Assembly: GCA_002256025.1 (NCBI GenBank)
Contig: NKIB01013138.1
Coordinates: 1-63,847 of the forward strand
Direction of reading: 5' to 3'
Origin: Asterionella formosa
Lineage: Eukaryota
DNA length: 63,847 nt
Part shown: one piece after another, positions 35,605-47,713 of the stretch
Layout: every line of letters begins with the position of its first letter
How positions within the stretch are numbered: position 1 is the first letter of the stretch
The notes under the pieces: model-generated
What the model saw: the letters and a program-made list of their open reading frames with translations, nothing else
What the model was told of the DNA's origin: nothing
Database searches by the model: none
Position numbers and translations under genes: made by a program

Positions 35605-37923
35605 ATGAATGTTCAAAAGAGGAATGAAGCCCTAATCTATTGCCTGTCTTCTGGCCCAACAATCCCAGAATGGCTCGGAGAACGTGGTCGAAGAAATTTG
35701 TCTAAGCGAGATGAGTCGATTCGGCGCCGCATCGAGCTTATTCAGGACTTTCAAATGCCTTCATCTTCATCAAAAATTGTTCAATCGGCAGATGGGCGCT
35801 ACTTGATGGTTGCAGGAACCTATCCACCGAGAATCCGATGTTACGACGTTCACGAATTGACGATGAAGTTCGAACGATACCTAGACGCCCATGTTCTTGA
35901 CATGGTAATGTTGGGAGACGATTATGGCAAGATGGCCCTCATGTGTGAGGATAGAACTATTGCGTTTCATGCACCTTATGGAGCACACGAAGCAGTTCGC
36001 ATCCCGACCTTTGGCCGGGGCATTGCGTACGAACAAACAACTTGTGAAATATTGGTTGCTGCAAAAGGAAATCAAGTCTACCGCTTAAATCTCGAGGAGG
36101 GTAGATTTAGCGAGCCTTGGAAATACGAGCCCTCAACATCATCGGGAGCATGCATAAGTGTTAGTCCTACCCATGCTCTGGCTGCAGTTGGTTGCGACGA
36201 CGGTATTGTTCGATTCTGGGACAATCGATCACCTGATGCCCTCCTCAGACCGTTCCTTTCTCTCGATGTACAAACTGCAACTGCAGGATACGGCTATGCG
36301 GAACAGAACTCATACAACAACCTACATGAAATTTCATCTTTAGCGCATGATCCAAGCGGTCTGTATGTGGCAGCAGGAACTGCTGGTGGTCTCGTTGCAC
36401 TTTATGACGTGCGTTCCAGTCGCCCATTGCATGTCACGGAACACAAACACGGCATGCCTGTACATACCGTTAAATTCCATCCCGGTAGCGGTTGCATACT
36501 GAGCTCCGATGAAAAACTAGTCAAAATCTGGAGGTACAAGACCTCTGGTGATGTCGTCGGAACAAGCGATGATGAGAAAGGTGGAGCACTCGGTTCCGTC
36601 GTTGCCAACGTCGAGGGCAGCGGCAAGTTTTCTCACTTTGTCATGGCCGGGGACGAGTCTGATCCATTTGGGAATCGAAGCGGTCTTCTGTTGTGTGCAA
36701 CTGACCAGCCAAAAATGGAGAGTTACTACGTTCCTTCTATCGGCTTGGCTCCCAAGTGGTGCTCGTTCCTTGAAAACATCACGGAAGAGCTTGAAGAGAG
36801 AGATCTCACACGAGGAGAAGCGACCACAGGCAACGACCTGGTGCAAGATGGGAAAGAAAGCATCTATGAAAATTATAAGTTCGTTAGTCGTGACGAAGTT
36901 GAAAAGCTCGGAATTTCCAACCTTGTTGGAACACCACTACTTCGTGGATACATGCATGGCTTCTTCATGGATATAAATTTGTATAATCGTGTACGTGCTG
37001 TTGCTAATCCTTTCGAGTATGATGAGTACAGAAAGAAGAAACTCAAGGAAAGGCTCGATGCCAAGCGCGAAAGCAGGATTGCTCCCAAGGACTCGAAGGG
37101 CATCAAGCGCGCCGTCAATTCTGAACTGGCGGAACGTCTCATGAACAAGAAAGACAGTATCAAATCAGGCAAAGATTTATCGGAATTGCTTGATGATGAT
37201 CGTTTTGGAAGCATCTTTACGAATCCTGACTTTCAGATAAACGAAAACGATGAGATTTTCAAACTCCGCCACCCCAGTGGACTTGCGGCATCTAAGAAGC
37301 GTAGGAATGACATTGACAGCGACGAAGATGATGATGACACAGATAACGATGCCTCCAATACAACAGGTTTCAATAGAATCGATGAAGAAGTGATACCACA
37401 TGTGGACGAGGAATCTGAAGTGGATACTGACAGCGACGAGGATGGTTTTGCTGGTGCAAAAATTCGTGGCGAAATGTATGACGAGATGAAGTCGATGCAG
37501 CGTTCGAAGAATGGAAGCAAGAAAACCCAGAAGACCGACAATCTGAGCGTAATTAAAAAGGTCAAGACTGTCTTGTATGAAGCTGATGATGTCGATACGA
37601 AGGACGCTGTTGATCTTGGCTTAGGTGACAGTTCTGCTGCATCTCGAATTCGACAACGAAGCAAAGAAATGCATATGTCATTAGGCGATAGGCTAAAACA
37701 GAAGGGAACAGAAGGCAAAGCAACCAGTGAAGCGACATCAGTTTTTGTCAAGGGAGAAGGGGCTTCGCGAGAGATAAAATACCTTCCACTTGATGTCCGA
37801 AAGAAGCTCATGAAAAACAAGAAGAAATTAGAAAACGAGAGTACATCCAGCTTGAAAGCGACGCGAGACCGCCGGGGGATTAAGGATCTTGGCTTCAAGA
37901 AGCCGTTCAATTTTAAGAAGTAA
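35605..37923 (+). CDS. NOL10: Nucleolar protein 10 / Enp2 (WD40 + NUC153)
   Basis: RRIELIQDF, GTYPPRIRCYD, LGLAPKWCSFLENITEELEE-type motif (IGLAPKWCSFLENITEELEE), LRGYMHGFF, DDRFGSIFTNPDFQI. Confidence 0.92.
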   Translation: MNVQKRNEALIYCLSSGPTIPEWLGERGRRNLSKRDESIRRRIELIQDFQMPSSSSKIVQSADGRYLMVAGTYPPRIRCYDVHELTMKFERYLDAHVLDMVMLGDDYGKMALMCEDRTIAFHAPYGAHEAVRIPTFGRGIAYEQTTCEILVAAKGNQVYRLNLEEGRFSEPWKYEPSTSSGACISVSPTHALAAVGCDDGIVRFWDNRSPDALLRPFLSLDVQTATAGYGYAEQNSYNNLHEISSLAHDPSGLYVAAGTAGGLVALYDVRSSRPLHVTEHKHGMPVHTVKFHPGSGCILSSDEKLVKIWRYKTSGDVVGTSDDEKGGALGSVVANVEGSGKFSHFVMAGDESDPFGNRSGLLLCATDQPKMESYYVPSIGLAPKWCSFLENITEELEERDLTRGEATTGNDLVQDGKESIYENYKFVSRDEVEKLGISNLVGTPLLRGYMHGFFMDINLYNRVRAVANPFEYDEYRKKKLKERLDAKRESRIAPKDSKGIKRAVNSELAERLMNKKDSIKSGKDLSELLDDDRFGSIFTNPDFQINENDEIFKLRHPSGLAASKKRRNDIDSDEDDDDTDNDASNTTGFNRIDEEVIPHVDEESEVDTDSDEDGFAGAKIRGEMYDEMKSMQRSKNGSKKTQKTDNLSVIKKVKTVLYEADDVDTKDAVDLGLGDSSAASRIRQRSKEMHMSLGDRLKQKGTEGKATSEATSVFVKGEGASREIKYLPLDVRKKLMKNKKKLENESTSSLKATRDRRGIKDLGFKKPFNFKK

Positions 37924-40900
37924 GGAACTACCACATAGTATGTGCCCTCAAGTTTATTGTGTTTCCAAAGCAGATTAGAACCTGTAATATTGTTAAAGTA
38001 TTACCTTTTTGATAGATCTATATCGTTAAAAAAAGAAGACTATAGATGGAGATGTTCGTTTCTCTTTCCGTTTTTATATTCATAATTTTGTGAGTTTACT
38101 AATCTAGTTTAGGTTGTTCTGTTTGAACAAACAAACGAACCATTCTCCAAATGCTTTTTGCATTTCTAGAAGACAGACCCATGCCTATCTCACACTTACT
38201 TATCATAGGTTTTTAACCATGATCATTATTTTCAAACTATCGGTCTTCCGAAATAGCTTGCATCGTCCGGCTCATTATAGGCTGAGTAACTACGTAAAAT
38301 GTGTGGTTGATGAGAGCTTGGTACATCAAAGTTGACTCATTCGAATCATTTGACTCGGAGTCATAACTACGTAGATGAGCTCACTTTAACATAATATTGC
38401 ACGCCGGAGAACTATTACTTGACATGAGCGAGATTCTACCTGCCAGGCCCACTTGTCAATATCCTAAAAGTACCAGGAACGATAGAAAATGAAAACAGAA
38501 CATATAGCACCCTAATAATTCCACTTCGCGTTTTGGCTTGTTACAACCCATTCAATATTATTCCACTGCTCTATACCTATTCTTTGCTCCGAATTCGTAA
38601 CTGGTACCCCATACCACGACACAGATAATACCAGGTACCCGGCTGGGTCTACACTGTACAAGGGGACTAGTACCTGATACGGTTAGTCTACCAGGGTAAT
38701 CTACACACAATGATCCATACCTTTTTGTTCCTAACAGGTCACCCTGGGATTTTTGAAGCGTTAACTCTTTGGGAACAGTATATTTGTACCCTTGTACAAC
38801 GATTGTATTAAAGATACCTTTCTGTATTCACTTATTAGTGCCTGGAAGTCTACTCTGTTACCAGTGGTAGTCACCCCCCAGGTAGTACTCCTATAGTGTG
38901 ATGCCTGCAAAATCTTTGCCATTCGTTTCCCTTTCTAGGTTTCACAGTGGATATTCAATGATCAAATGATGATTTTTTATCAATAAATGTGATTTCTTCC
39001 TAGTCTCACAGGCGGGGAAGAGGAGGCAAGGTCACCTATGATTCTTATCTGTCTACGTAATTGCATGAGACCATATTAATAACCATCTCTGCCTCAATCT
39101 CATTTCTCTGGAGCAACCAAAGCTCTAAACACATTGACATATACTGGTATTCTGTACATACATCGTCATAACAGTCTAAAATCTAGACTATATATGTATA
39201 TTGATATTCTGGTGGCATTAGGCTATGATAGTCTAAGTAAATACCAGGTTCTCTAACTTTCCCAGGCTATCTCGACCTATGCACAAGGTAGGAAGGAGGC
39301 AAAAGTTGCCATTACCCATGAGTACCTAGTCGCTCCAGGACTGAACATGGATTGATCATGCTGGATTTTAGACCCACCTGATAATGGGGCAAGCCCATGT
39401 TGAATTCTCATAATATATTTCTTGCATTTGAGATCATTAGACATTTATTTTGGAAAGTAGTAGTGAGTTGAACGAAATTTTGGCAAAGCTAATCATTATT
39501 CAATTGAGCTGGCATCTTCTCCTCCATTCAGCTTCATTTATGTCTTCAATCAAGAGTTAATACGTACCTATCCCTATACTATTTAGTTCAGCACGATGTG
39601 AAAGTACTATAGACATTGAAACAGTCAATGCATTCACTCTAAAAAGACGATTCAAATTTATTTCTTCTTTCTTCAGCACAATTGTCTTCCCATGATTTCA
39701 TCGTATGACTAGGAAAAATATTCCATCCCAGTCTAGATCAGTCTACCATTTGACCAATAGATATTTTGCATTATTGGGATGGAATGAAAATGAATTGTGT
39801 CATTGAGACCAACGATACAGTGCAGGCAAATATTTTGTATCATTTGATTAATTATTTATGATTCCTGCATTCGCAATACCATAGTAAGGTATGCCAAAAT
39901 TTAAATGAATGACTTTGCGCCATGTTGTTCAATCAAATTACCAATCAATAGCTAGCTAGTTTAAGATCTCAACATTCGTATATTCAACAAGACAAGTGCT
40001 GTCAATGTGGTGTATGTGAATGCAGTAACCAGTATGGTTGTCAAAAAGGGTTAGTGACTAATTTGTTTGAAAGGGGTTTGCCTCAAACCCATTTTTACTC
40101 GTTGCAATACCAGGTAAGGAGGGAAGACTAGTATCAAGCACTTATATTATTTCGACCTGGTAGTCTCAGCCTTGTGAAACATTGTTGTCTACTAGCTGCT
40201 GTCTAGCCATCATCTGCCAGTACCGGCTAGCAGACTAACCTACTATGCTATCAGCTACTGGAACTTGTGGATTTGAGAATGATGCATTGTTGATAGATAA
40301 AGTAGTTTGATATTTAGGGGCGTTCTTATCATTCAGCATTTTTCGCGCAATGTTTTATCATTTCCGGGTTTTGAGCAAAAAAGAGAGTTGGTATCAACTT
40401 AGTGTATCAGCAACGCCTACCCTAGTGGTATCAATGCAGTATCACTGACAACAAATTGATACCTTTTTTCACCCCCTCCAAAAAGGTATCAGTGATACTG
40501 GCACATTCAGATGAGTACCATTTCCGTTGTCACTGCTAAAATAACCGAAAATATGCCTACTATGTACAGCCATGTCACTAATTTAATGACATACGCTTAC
40601 GCAAACTCTCTTCCAGTGCGCGCATCAGAGCAACAAATATCCCGCTTGATTCTTGACAACCTGCCAATGCTTTTCATTGGCCTTCATTTATCTTCAACAA
40701 GAAGGTACTGTTGAAAGAGATCAACCGGCATAGCAGGCAGGTATATGGAAGAAATACAAGCAAGGCAATTGGAACCAATCACAGAAACATCAATTATTGA
40801 TGCTGTGACCACCAGCCATCTCGAGAAACCTACCTCTCCCAACAAAACGATTCCGCTTGTTACAGATGATGAAGTCGATCGATTTGATGAGTCCCTCCAA

Positions 40901-42379
40901 ATTCCTGGTAATGACTTTGAGCTTGATATTTATTAGAATCACCTGATCAACATCAAGGGCATTGCGATGAAGCAGATCTCTTTCATCACGATTTTGCGGA
41001 AAATTCGAGTCAGACAAAGTTTCTGGATACAAAAATAAGAATAAAAAATTCACTGTTGGTTTGATTGTTCAACTTTTAGGAGAGAAAGCTTGTCACAGAA
41101 ACTGTGCCCAAGGACTTTCAATGTCAATGAGAGAGATAACTAGTAGTGTGAATGTGATCATGACAGCAAATGCGATGCTTCCATGAATGACGAGGAAAAC
41201 GAAAACAAAAGCAAAAAAGATGATAATATTAATTAAAAAGAACAAAATTCAACAGCAGCAGAGGAACAACCGTTGGTCATTGGATGCAATGACGATGATG
41301 ACGATGATCAATATGCGCGAAGATGAAGACAAAGAAATGTCCCCTCCAGTTAAAAACTGAAACAAAAGAAGACACAAAGCTAAATCAACACCCCCAGATA
41401 CTGTGACTTGAACCAACACATACTTCCGTATTATCAATCTTTACATGTGTGAGAAACATCGCAGTGATGTTTCTAAGCTAGGTCAGCCACCCAGCACCAT
41501 GGATGAACTTGATGCAAGGAGATTTCGACACAATTATATTTTCGGCAGACTTGTAGTTACATATCTTGATGATGATGATGATGACTGCAACCTCCTAGCA
41601 TTTTTCTGAAAATGAATAATGGGACAAAGTTGGAATTGCTGCTGATTATGCAAAGACATTTGATGTCTTGTCATCCAAAGAGTTTTTCATGGTCATGGCG
41701 TACATCAGCCATCGCTCAGTATCAACTGGCTTATTGTTGAAACAACAAGAAATCAGGAAGCCATGATGATTTTGTTAACTTTGTTACTTGGGTCCCATCC
41801 CTTCATATATTACTACCATCTTGGTTGTGCCAGGCCCCTCACTTGCTAAACTTTGCTGTACCATTGTTGCCTTCATATGCCTTTCATGAGAGCACTGAAA
41901 CTGATTTCCATGAGATTATTGTTAGCTAGTACTGCCCCAACATTATCATCAAAATCTTCAAGCAAGAACTTAAGTTTTAAGAAAAGGAAGTCATGCAATA
42001 TTGAAACCAAATCGGTCATCCTCTGTTGAAAAATTGTGAATGTATTGGATTCATTTGAAAGAAATGCTGCTAAACTACAAATGTTACAGTCTACATGTGT
42101 ACCAGCAACGATGTTTATCTCGATGTTCTAGAAAAGTATATGGTTCGACTTAAAAACTTGCACTGGAAGAATTGGAAGAACTGGAAAATAAGGATTGTGA
42201 TTCTTCAAGTTCTGACATTGTCCTTGTTTGGAAATTGCGCTGTGTAAGATAAAACGTGATCAGGTCTTTGCTCCATCATCCCAAGGCGAAACATTGAAAT
42301 TGTGAAGAAGCCAATTCATCGATCTATTCTTTAATCTATAAAAATTTACCAAATGCTACATTAAGCTTATCTCGTGCTG

Positions 42380-43900
42380 TTCCATTCTTCTCATCTCAAC
42401 ATTAGCTGGTGGTCGTTGCTAACACCTCTTACAAATCCGTTCAACAATAACATTTTGAATCACAGAGCTGCCAGGCATTTTATCCAATTTCTCCACAGTT
42501 ATTGGTAAACATAACCAACTAAGAGGAGAATTTGGTGCTGGGATGATTTCTGTTAAGATCTGCTGAATGTCATCTGTCGGACCAGTTTCAGTTGACCATG
42601 ACATATCTTAATCAAATATCTTTTCATCGATGACATCGGGCTCATTCTTCTAGAGTTTTTGCTGTTGTTTCCAAGCCAGTTGCTTGTTAATATCTTTTCA
42701 GAATAACCCATTTCTTCTGTAACAAGAAACCAAATGCCATTTCTATCCTGATCCTTTGCTGTGAAAGTAAGAAATTGTAGACATCCTATGAACAGTCATC
42801 GCTCTGGGAACCAAAAAATGGAACTAACATGACATCCAAAGAAGTTATTTAAATTTTTAAGTACATTAAAGCTATGCAATACTCGCACTAGCTGGTGCCC
42901 ACTTGAATGGAAACAATTGCTTAGTACCAGTTTTATTTTTCCAAACAGTACAATAGGATCTGTCTCTTCATCAGCCTCAACCCCCCCAGAACCCTAGGGA
43001 CTACATAAAAGAAATACAGGTGAAGAATACAGTAATCGAACACCCCATGAGGTGTGCTAACCAATTAAGGAGCCATTCCCCTGGAACTAACATTATTTCT
43101 GACAATGTGTTTGCAGCATTAACAACAAGATAGAAAGCTGTATCAAACGATGAAATTCGGTTGGGTAGGGAAGTTCTCTCGAATGCAACTTGGTTGCTGC
43201 ATTTTCCAGGAACAATTACACCAAAGAGAATAAATCTACTCTCGACATCATATCCTGCCTGAACATTGATCCCACAAGTCATGTAATGGCCTGAATAAAA
43301 AGCCCCAGGATTTTTTCCACTGTCACATACTGCTAGCACGCGGTGGCTTATTGTTGTGGCTGGCTAGAAAACCATCAATGGCACTGACACACCATCTGAT
43401 CAACAATTATGTTTTATTTTCTTCAAAGGCTGTAGCCAATTTGATCAATTCACTCCTTGTTTTGTCAGGGAAAACAATCTTGACATCTTCACAGTGGTGA
43501 AGCATAGCATCAAATAATAGATCTTGGCATCTATATATTGAACCAATGCTTCATCCATAGGCATGTCAAATATCGATGTAGCTGCCTCCAGCCAGCCAAC
43601 CATCAAATGCTAATGGCCAACACATTTTTTGGATAGATTGGCTCAGCTGAGCCACAGCACATGGAATAATTTCCTGTAGCCTCACACTCTCTAGTAAGGA
43701 AACAAATTTGTTGAAAGCTCGAAGGGGCATTCTATATGTCTTCTCAAAAGCGTCCTCATGATCGAGCTTCTTGAGATGAGAGTACCATGAGATTCTATCA
43801 TGCTGTCATGTGGCTTTCGTTTTGTCAGTCTCTTCCGTTTTCCAAAGATCCAGCTATGGCAAAGGAGGAAGAGTTTGTTGCTCCTTTTGTCATCATTGTT
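42380..43900 (-). pseudogene. Harbinger (DDE_Tnp_4) transposase pseudogene interrupted by a SINE
   Basis: FEKTYRMPLRAFNKF, WLAGGSYIDI, CVSAIDG, FYSGHY..GINVQA, MLVP, YNFLLSQQRIRIEMAFG..KW.IL. Confidence 0.85.
42831..43081 (-). mobile_element. tRNA-Ala-derived SINE, copy 3, 251 bp with a 12-bp TSD
   Basis: TGGAACTAACAT is duplicated at 42819-42830 and 43082-43093. The insert starts GGGGAAT, has an A-box-like TTGGTTAGC, a B-box-like GTTCGATT and the acceptor complement ATTCTTCACC. Confidence 0.85.
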
Positions 43901-44269
43901 ATCAATGAAATTGGAATCATCATCTTTCACTCAGATAATGATGGTCCTCTTCATCATTGAGCAGTGACGACATGATTGATTGATTTATATTTAAAATTTA
44001 TGTTGCAGACCAGCCAAACTACCAGTACATATCCCGGCAATCTATACACTATATCGAATACATGTGATAGTTTTCCTACAAGTTTTCAGTACTACCGGTA
44101 GTTACCTATCAAAAGAGTCTGGAGGAAAAAACACATGATTGCAGCCAGAAAATTTGTGATTTTTGGCTGATACAAAATGGTTTTTTCTCATGTGGAGAAT
44201 GAATATCTTCAGTTTAAATTGAGTAGCTTTTGTATGATACTTTTTCAAATATTATGATACCAAATCATG

Positions 44270-46280
44270 CTGCATGCATTTTTTCGCTTCGTTTCCTCTT
44301 TCATTTGAATTGTGCTTTATAGGCTCCATGGTCACTTCGTCGCTTTTCTTTTTGTCTCCAGAAGGATTCTTGCAGTGCTGACATCTGAAATCCACATTGC
44401 TTGTACACATTCCTTGTGTATTGTGTTGCTCCTTGTGTATGTTGCCCAGCAACCGAAGCCACTCGATATTGAAGGCCTCCAGATCCCGCAAACACCTTGT
44501 TTTTTGGACATCGTCGTGACACTGCATTGTTCATTGCCTCATTAATCTGCGTGTCAAAGGGATGATGCAATGATAGTAGCTTTTCGCCTTCGACTTTCGT
44601 TGCAACATGCAGCATTAACCATTCGTATAAATCTTTTTCCTTTTCCAGCTTGTCATGATATTTTCCGTTACTAGTAACCAGTTTTCCTGCTTTTTCAGGG
44701 CACCATGTCTCAGAGCAGTAATCATGGCAGCCAAATAAATAAATGATTGGTGCCTTGGAGGAAATACTGAATTCGACCAGAGAGATGTTCCGGTTTTTTT
44801 AATCCAAGCGCCATAGTAAAATTTCAACCGACGCTCGAGGGAGACTGGGCCATCGGATTTCATAAAAGCTGGGTGGAGAAGGACCCGTACTCTGTGGGAT
44901 GGGTCAGACAGAAATGTAGTTTTGGTTACAGTCAGTGGAAGGCATCCTTTGTCCGATTTTTTTAATCCTTTCAATGTTCTTGGCCGTTGGAAGGATGGCT
45001 GTATTTTCATTAACTCCTTATAGGACCACTTAGAGACAGCTCGAATAGTAGAATCATCATCACAGATGATTGTAGAATAGATAACATTGTTTTTCATTAC
45101 TGCAAAAATCATCATTTCCACACCAGCATCTGGTTCCATTGCTTTCGAACTACCAGTTACATGATTCTTGGGACAAACATGTTCCTTGATTGGTTTCTTG
45201 TACCGTATAGCCCTGTTGCACACATTACAGACCTTAGATTTCACTCTGTAGTCTAGTATCTTTTTCGTGAAGCCGCCAATACAAAAAGCATGTCCACTTA
45301 CAGAGTTGTACTTATTCCTGCTCGACCGCTGCTGCCAGCCCATATCGAAACTAACAGTGAGTCAAGGCATATTCAGTACAGACAAGCGATCCGTACCAGT
45401 CAGACTGTTCCACCACTGAAAATCACGTCCTTTGTCAGCCCAGTCTCCTCGTTCATGCACATTGAGTGTCAGATATATTTCCTCCTGACATGCCTCTTTC
45501 ATTGCAAGAGCGGTTGCAGTAACTTCAGCGTTTCCTACCAGTTCCTCTACTGCACCAAAGTTACCTTGCTTGCGTAGACCAAAATCCAAAGGTACTAGTA
45601 CATGGAAGATTCATTGCGGAGCAGATGATATCTGCATCTGCTGGTCCCATTTCGGCTTTGTGACAACCCAAAATAAACTGTTTGTTGATAGAAAAGTGTT
45701 TTGCTTCTATTGCGTTATTTCTTATCTCATCATTTCTGTCTCCATTGCTGTTGCTTCTTGCAGGTTCGAGTTTAGAAATCAGTTTCTGACAGGCCAAACA
45801 AGAGACTTTGAATTCGCTTGCCAAGCCGTAATTTTTGGTAGAGACAACAATCAACGGGTGTTTCATTGTTGAAATCGGAAAGTCAAGCACATCCTGCTCC
45901 AGAAATAATTCACATTGCTGTTCAATGGATAGCTTTTGTTGTCTATTTGATGTACAGTAAGTTACAAAGTCACGAAGTGATTGTTTGCAATATTCTTTTA
46001 CAAATTTATTAACACAACTTTTGCAATACATATCTTCCTGCAGAAATTTCGACAATGTATTATAGTCGATTATATGATTCATGTTCATTTGAGAGCAGTC
46101 TGTTTTAATTGGTGACGATGAGATTGCTAGTTCAATTGGTGAAGTGGTTGTTGTAGGGGGACAAAAAGGCATCTTAGAGGTCCACCAATTTTGATTTTCA
46201 TCGGACACTATATTTCGTCCTCCTTGACCAGCACCAACAGCAATTTCGGAAATGAGACGGCTACCACTGGAACATGGCAT
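44270..46280 (-). pseudogene. Kolobok-type ('Mutator-like' domain) DDE transposase, frameshifted
   Basis: VSFDMGWQQR..NSVSG, CNVC..HVCPKNH..GSSKAME, ICDDDS, DPSHRV, TQINEAMN..CPK. Confidence 0.8.
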
Positions 46281-46485
46281 GATTTTGTCTTATAATAGTT
46301 GGTGTTGCTTTTTTATGGCTGGTTGATTCGTTAGATTGTGTAAAAATAAAAATATATTTGTCATTCATGCCACCTCACTTCTAGAAGGTTTTGAAACATT
46401 GTATGTAGGTGGATTGAAGTTCTTGATTTCCTAATGAAATAAATAAAAATCATAAAAGCGCTAATCACTAATAGATTTAGAACAT

Positions 46486-46905
46486 TTAGAATGTTTGGAA
46501 GTTGGTTTGAAACCAGTGTACCCTTGCTTCGTTTGGGTCCTTGTTCTTCAAAAGAGATCGAACCCCCTTCAAACAACAGCCAGGAAGTTGCATCCAAACA
46601 CCTTTTCCCAATGGACCACTGAAAACTCTGATTAGAAACTTGTACAGAAGATTGCGGGCTCTTGATGCCGTATCATCTTCATCCTTCAACCTGGTAAGAA
46701 TGGATTCACCTTCCAGAAACTTCTCCACCAACTCTTCGACTTTATCCCATCGGCACTGACATTCAGGGCAGCAAAAATCGCAGCATTCGCAGAAGATGTG
46801 ATCCTCACATCCCTCCACATACAACTCTACAATCAACTGGTCTTGGCAGGTAGGATGCACAACTTTCATGACTGTAGTTAAATTCGTCATTCCCATTGTC
46901 ATCAT
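46486..46905 (-). CDS. KolX-like protein (P2X7 ballast / Cys-rich zinc-binding domain-like) of the Kolobok element; probably decayed
   Basis: Cys cluster plus RNLLYKFLIRVFSGPLGKGVWMQLPGCCLKGVRSL; directly upstream of the transposase on the same strand. Confidence 0.65.
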   Translation of the reverse strand: MMTMGMTNLTTVMKVVHPTCQDQLIVELYVEGCEDHIFCECCDFCCPECQCRWDKVEELVEKFLEGESILTRLKDEDDTASRARNLLYKFLIRVFSGPLGKGVWMQLPGCCLKGVRSLLKNKDPNEARVHWFQTNFQTF

Positions 46906-47713
46906 TTTGATGTGTAATTTCGCTCATGGTTGATTGTTGCTTTTTTGTTTCTTACCGGTAGTCATCAACAATATTTGCCATGCTGCCAGCTTGTCTGACA
47001 CATATATTTTGACTTATGATAGGGTATATAAACATTGATCGATGGAGAATGTTTATGTAAATATTTATTGAATTTGAAAAGGAATCTATGTTTGTATGCT
47101 CAAATTTCCAGTGATTCAAATATTTCAAATGGAATCATGTCATTCAAAATTAACTCATAAAAATTCTTAGTTCCATGGAATTTCGGCAACCCTAAGCAAT
47201 ATATTTTTTTTTAATTTTTGCCTAGGGGATCAAATGCAGGAACCATAAACAACATTGATGAACAAAGTGAGGAAAGTCCATATCACTTGCATGTATCTCT
47301 CATTTGTAAAACACCATATGTTGACTTGATGTAGCCAGTAGAACAACAGCATGAAAAGCTCAAAATATCGTTGACGTTTTGCGTATAATTACCAGTACAT
47401 GTACCCATGTAAACATCCAACATGCATGCACGTATATAAAGTAATGATCAAATGAAGTTAAAATATGTCTACCTACAGCGTTGAATATGAAAAATATAAT
47501 TGATCACCCTCGGTCTGTTTCTTTTTCACCGTAGACCCTCCTTGTCTCCCAACGCTTGACCGTGGACTAACGAGGTCGGCGTGCGTAAAATCCTGCGAAA
47601 GACAACTTTGGCCCCTCGCCTCCAAAATAAAAAAACCGCAGAAGACTTCACTCCCTCGCTTGCCGTCTCGTGACTCGTCGATTGCTGTTGTTGGTGTTGG
47701 ACACTCTGCAACC

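Larger units (their letters stand above)
40317..44265. mobile_element. Decayed PIF/Harbinger element; right end not resolved
   Basis: Candidate left end TTA|GGGGCGTTC. GTATCA motifs cluster at about 40390-40500 and TGATAC at about 44168-44260. A degenerate + ORF (about 40745-42200) converges on the transposase. Confidence 0.5.

Noticed and set aside
42910..43010. Hammerhead ribozyme (CTGATGA...GAAA on the minus strand)
   Set aside because: Stems I and III cannot form around the same cleavage triplet, stem II lacks a closing pair, and the motif is absent from the other copies. The bases are explained by the long hairpin.
45561..45601. Kolobok frameshift caused by a TA-footprint insertion
   Set aside because: A single extra T in a T-run explains it equally well; an intact copy is needed to decide.
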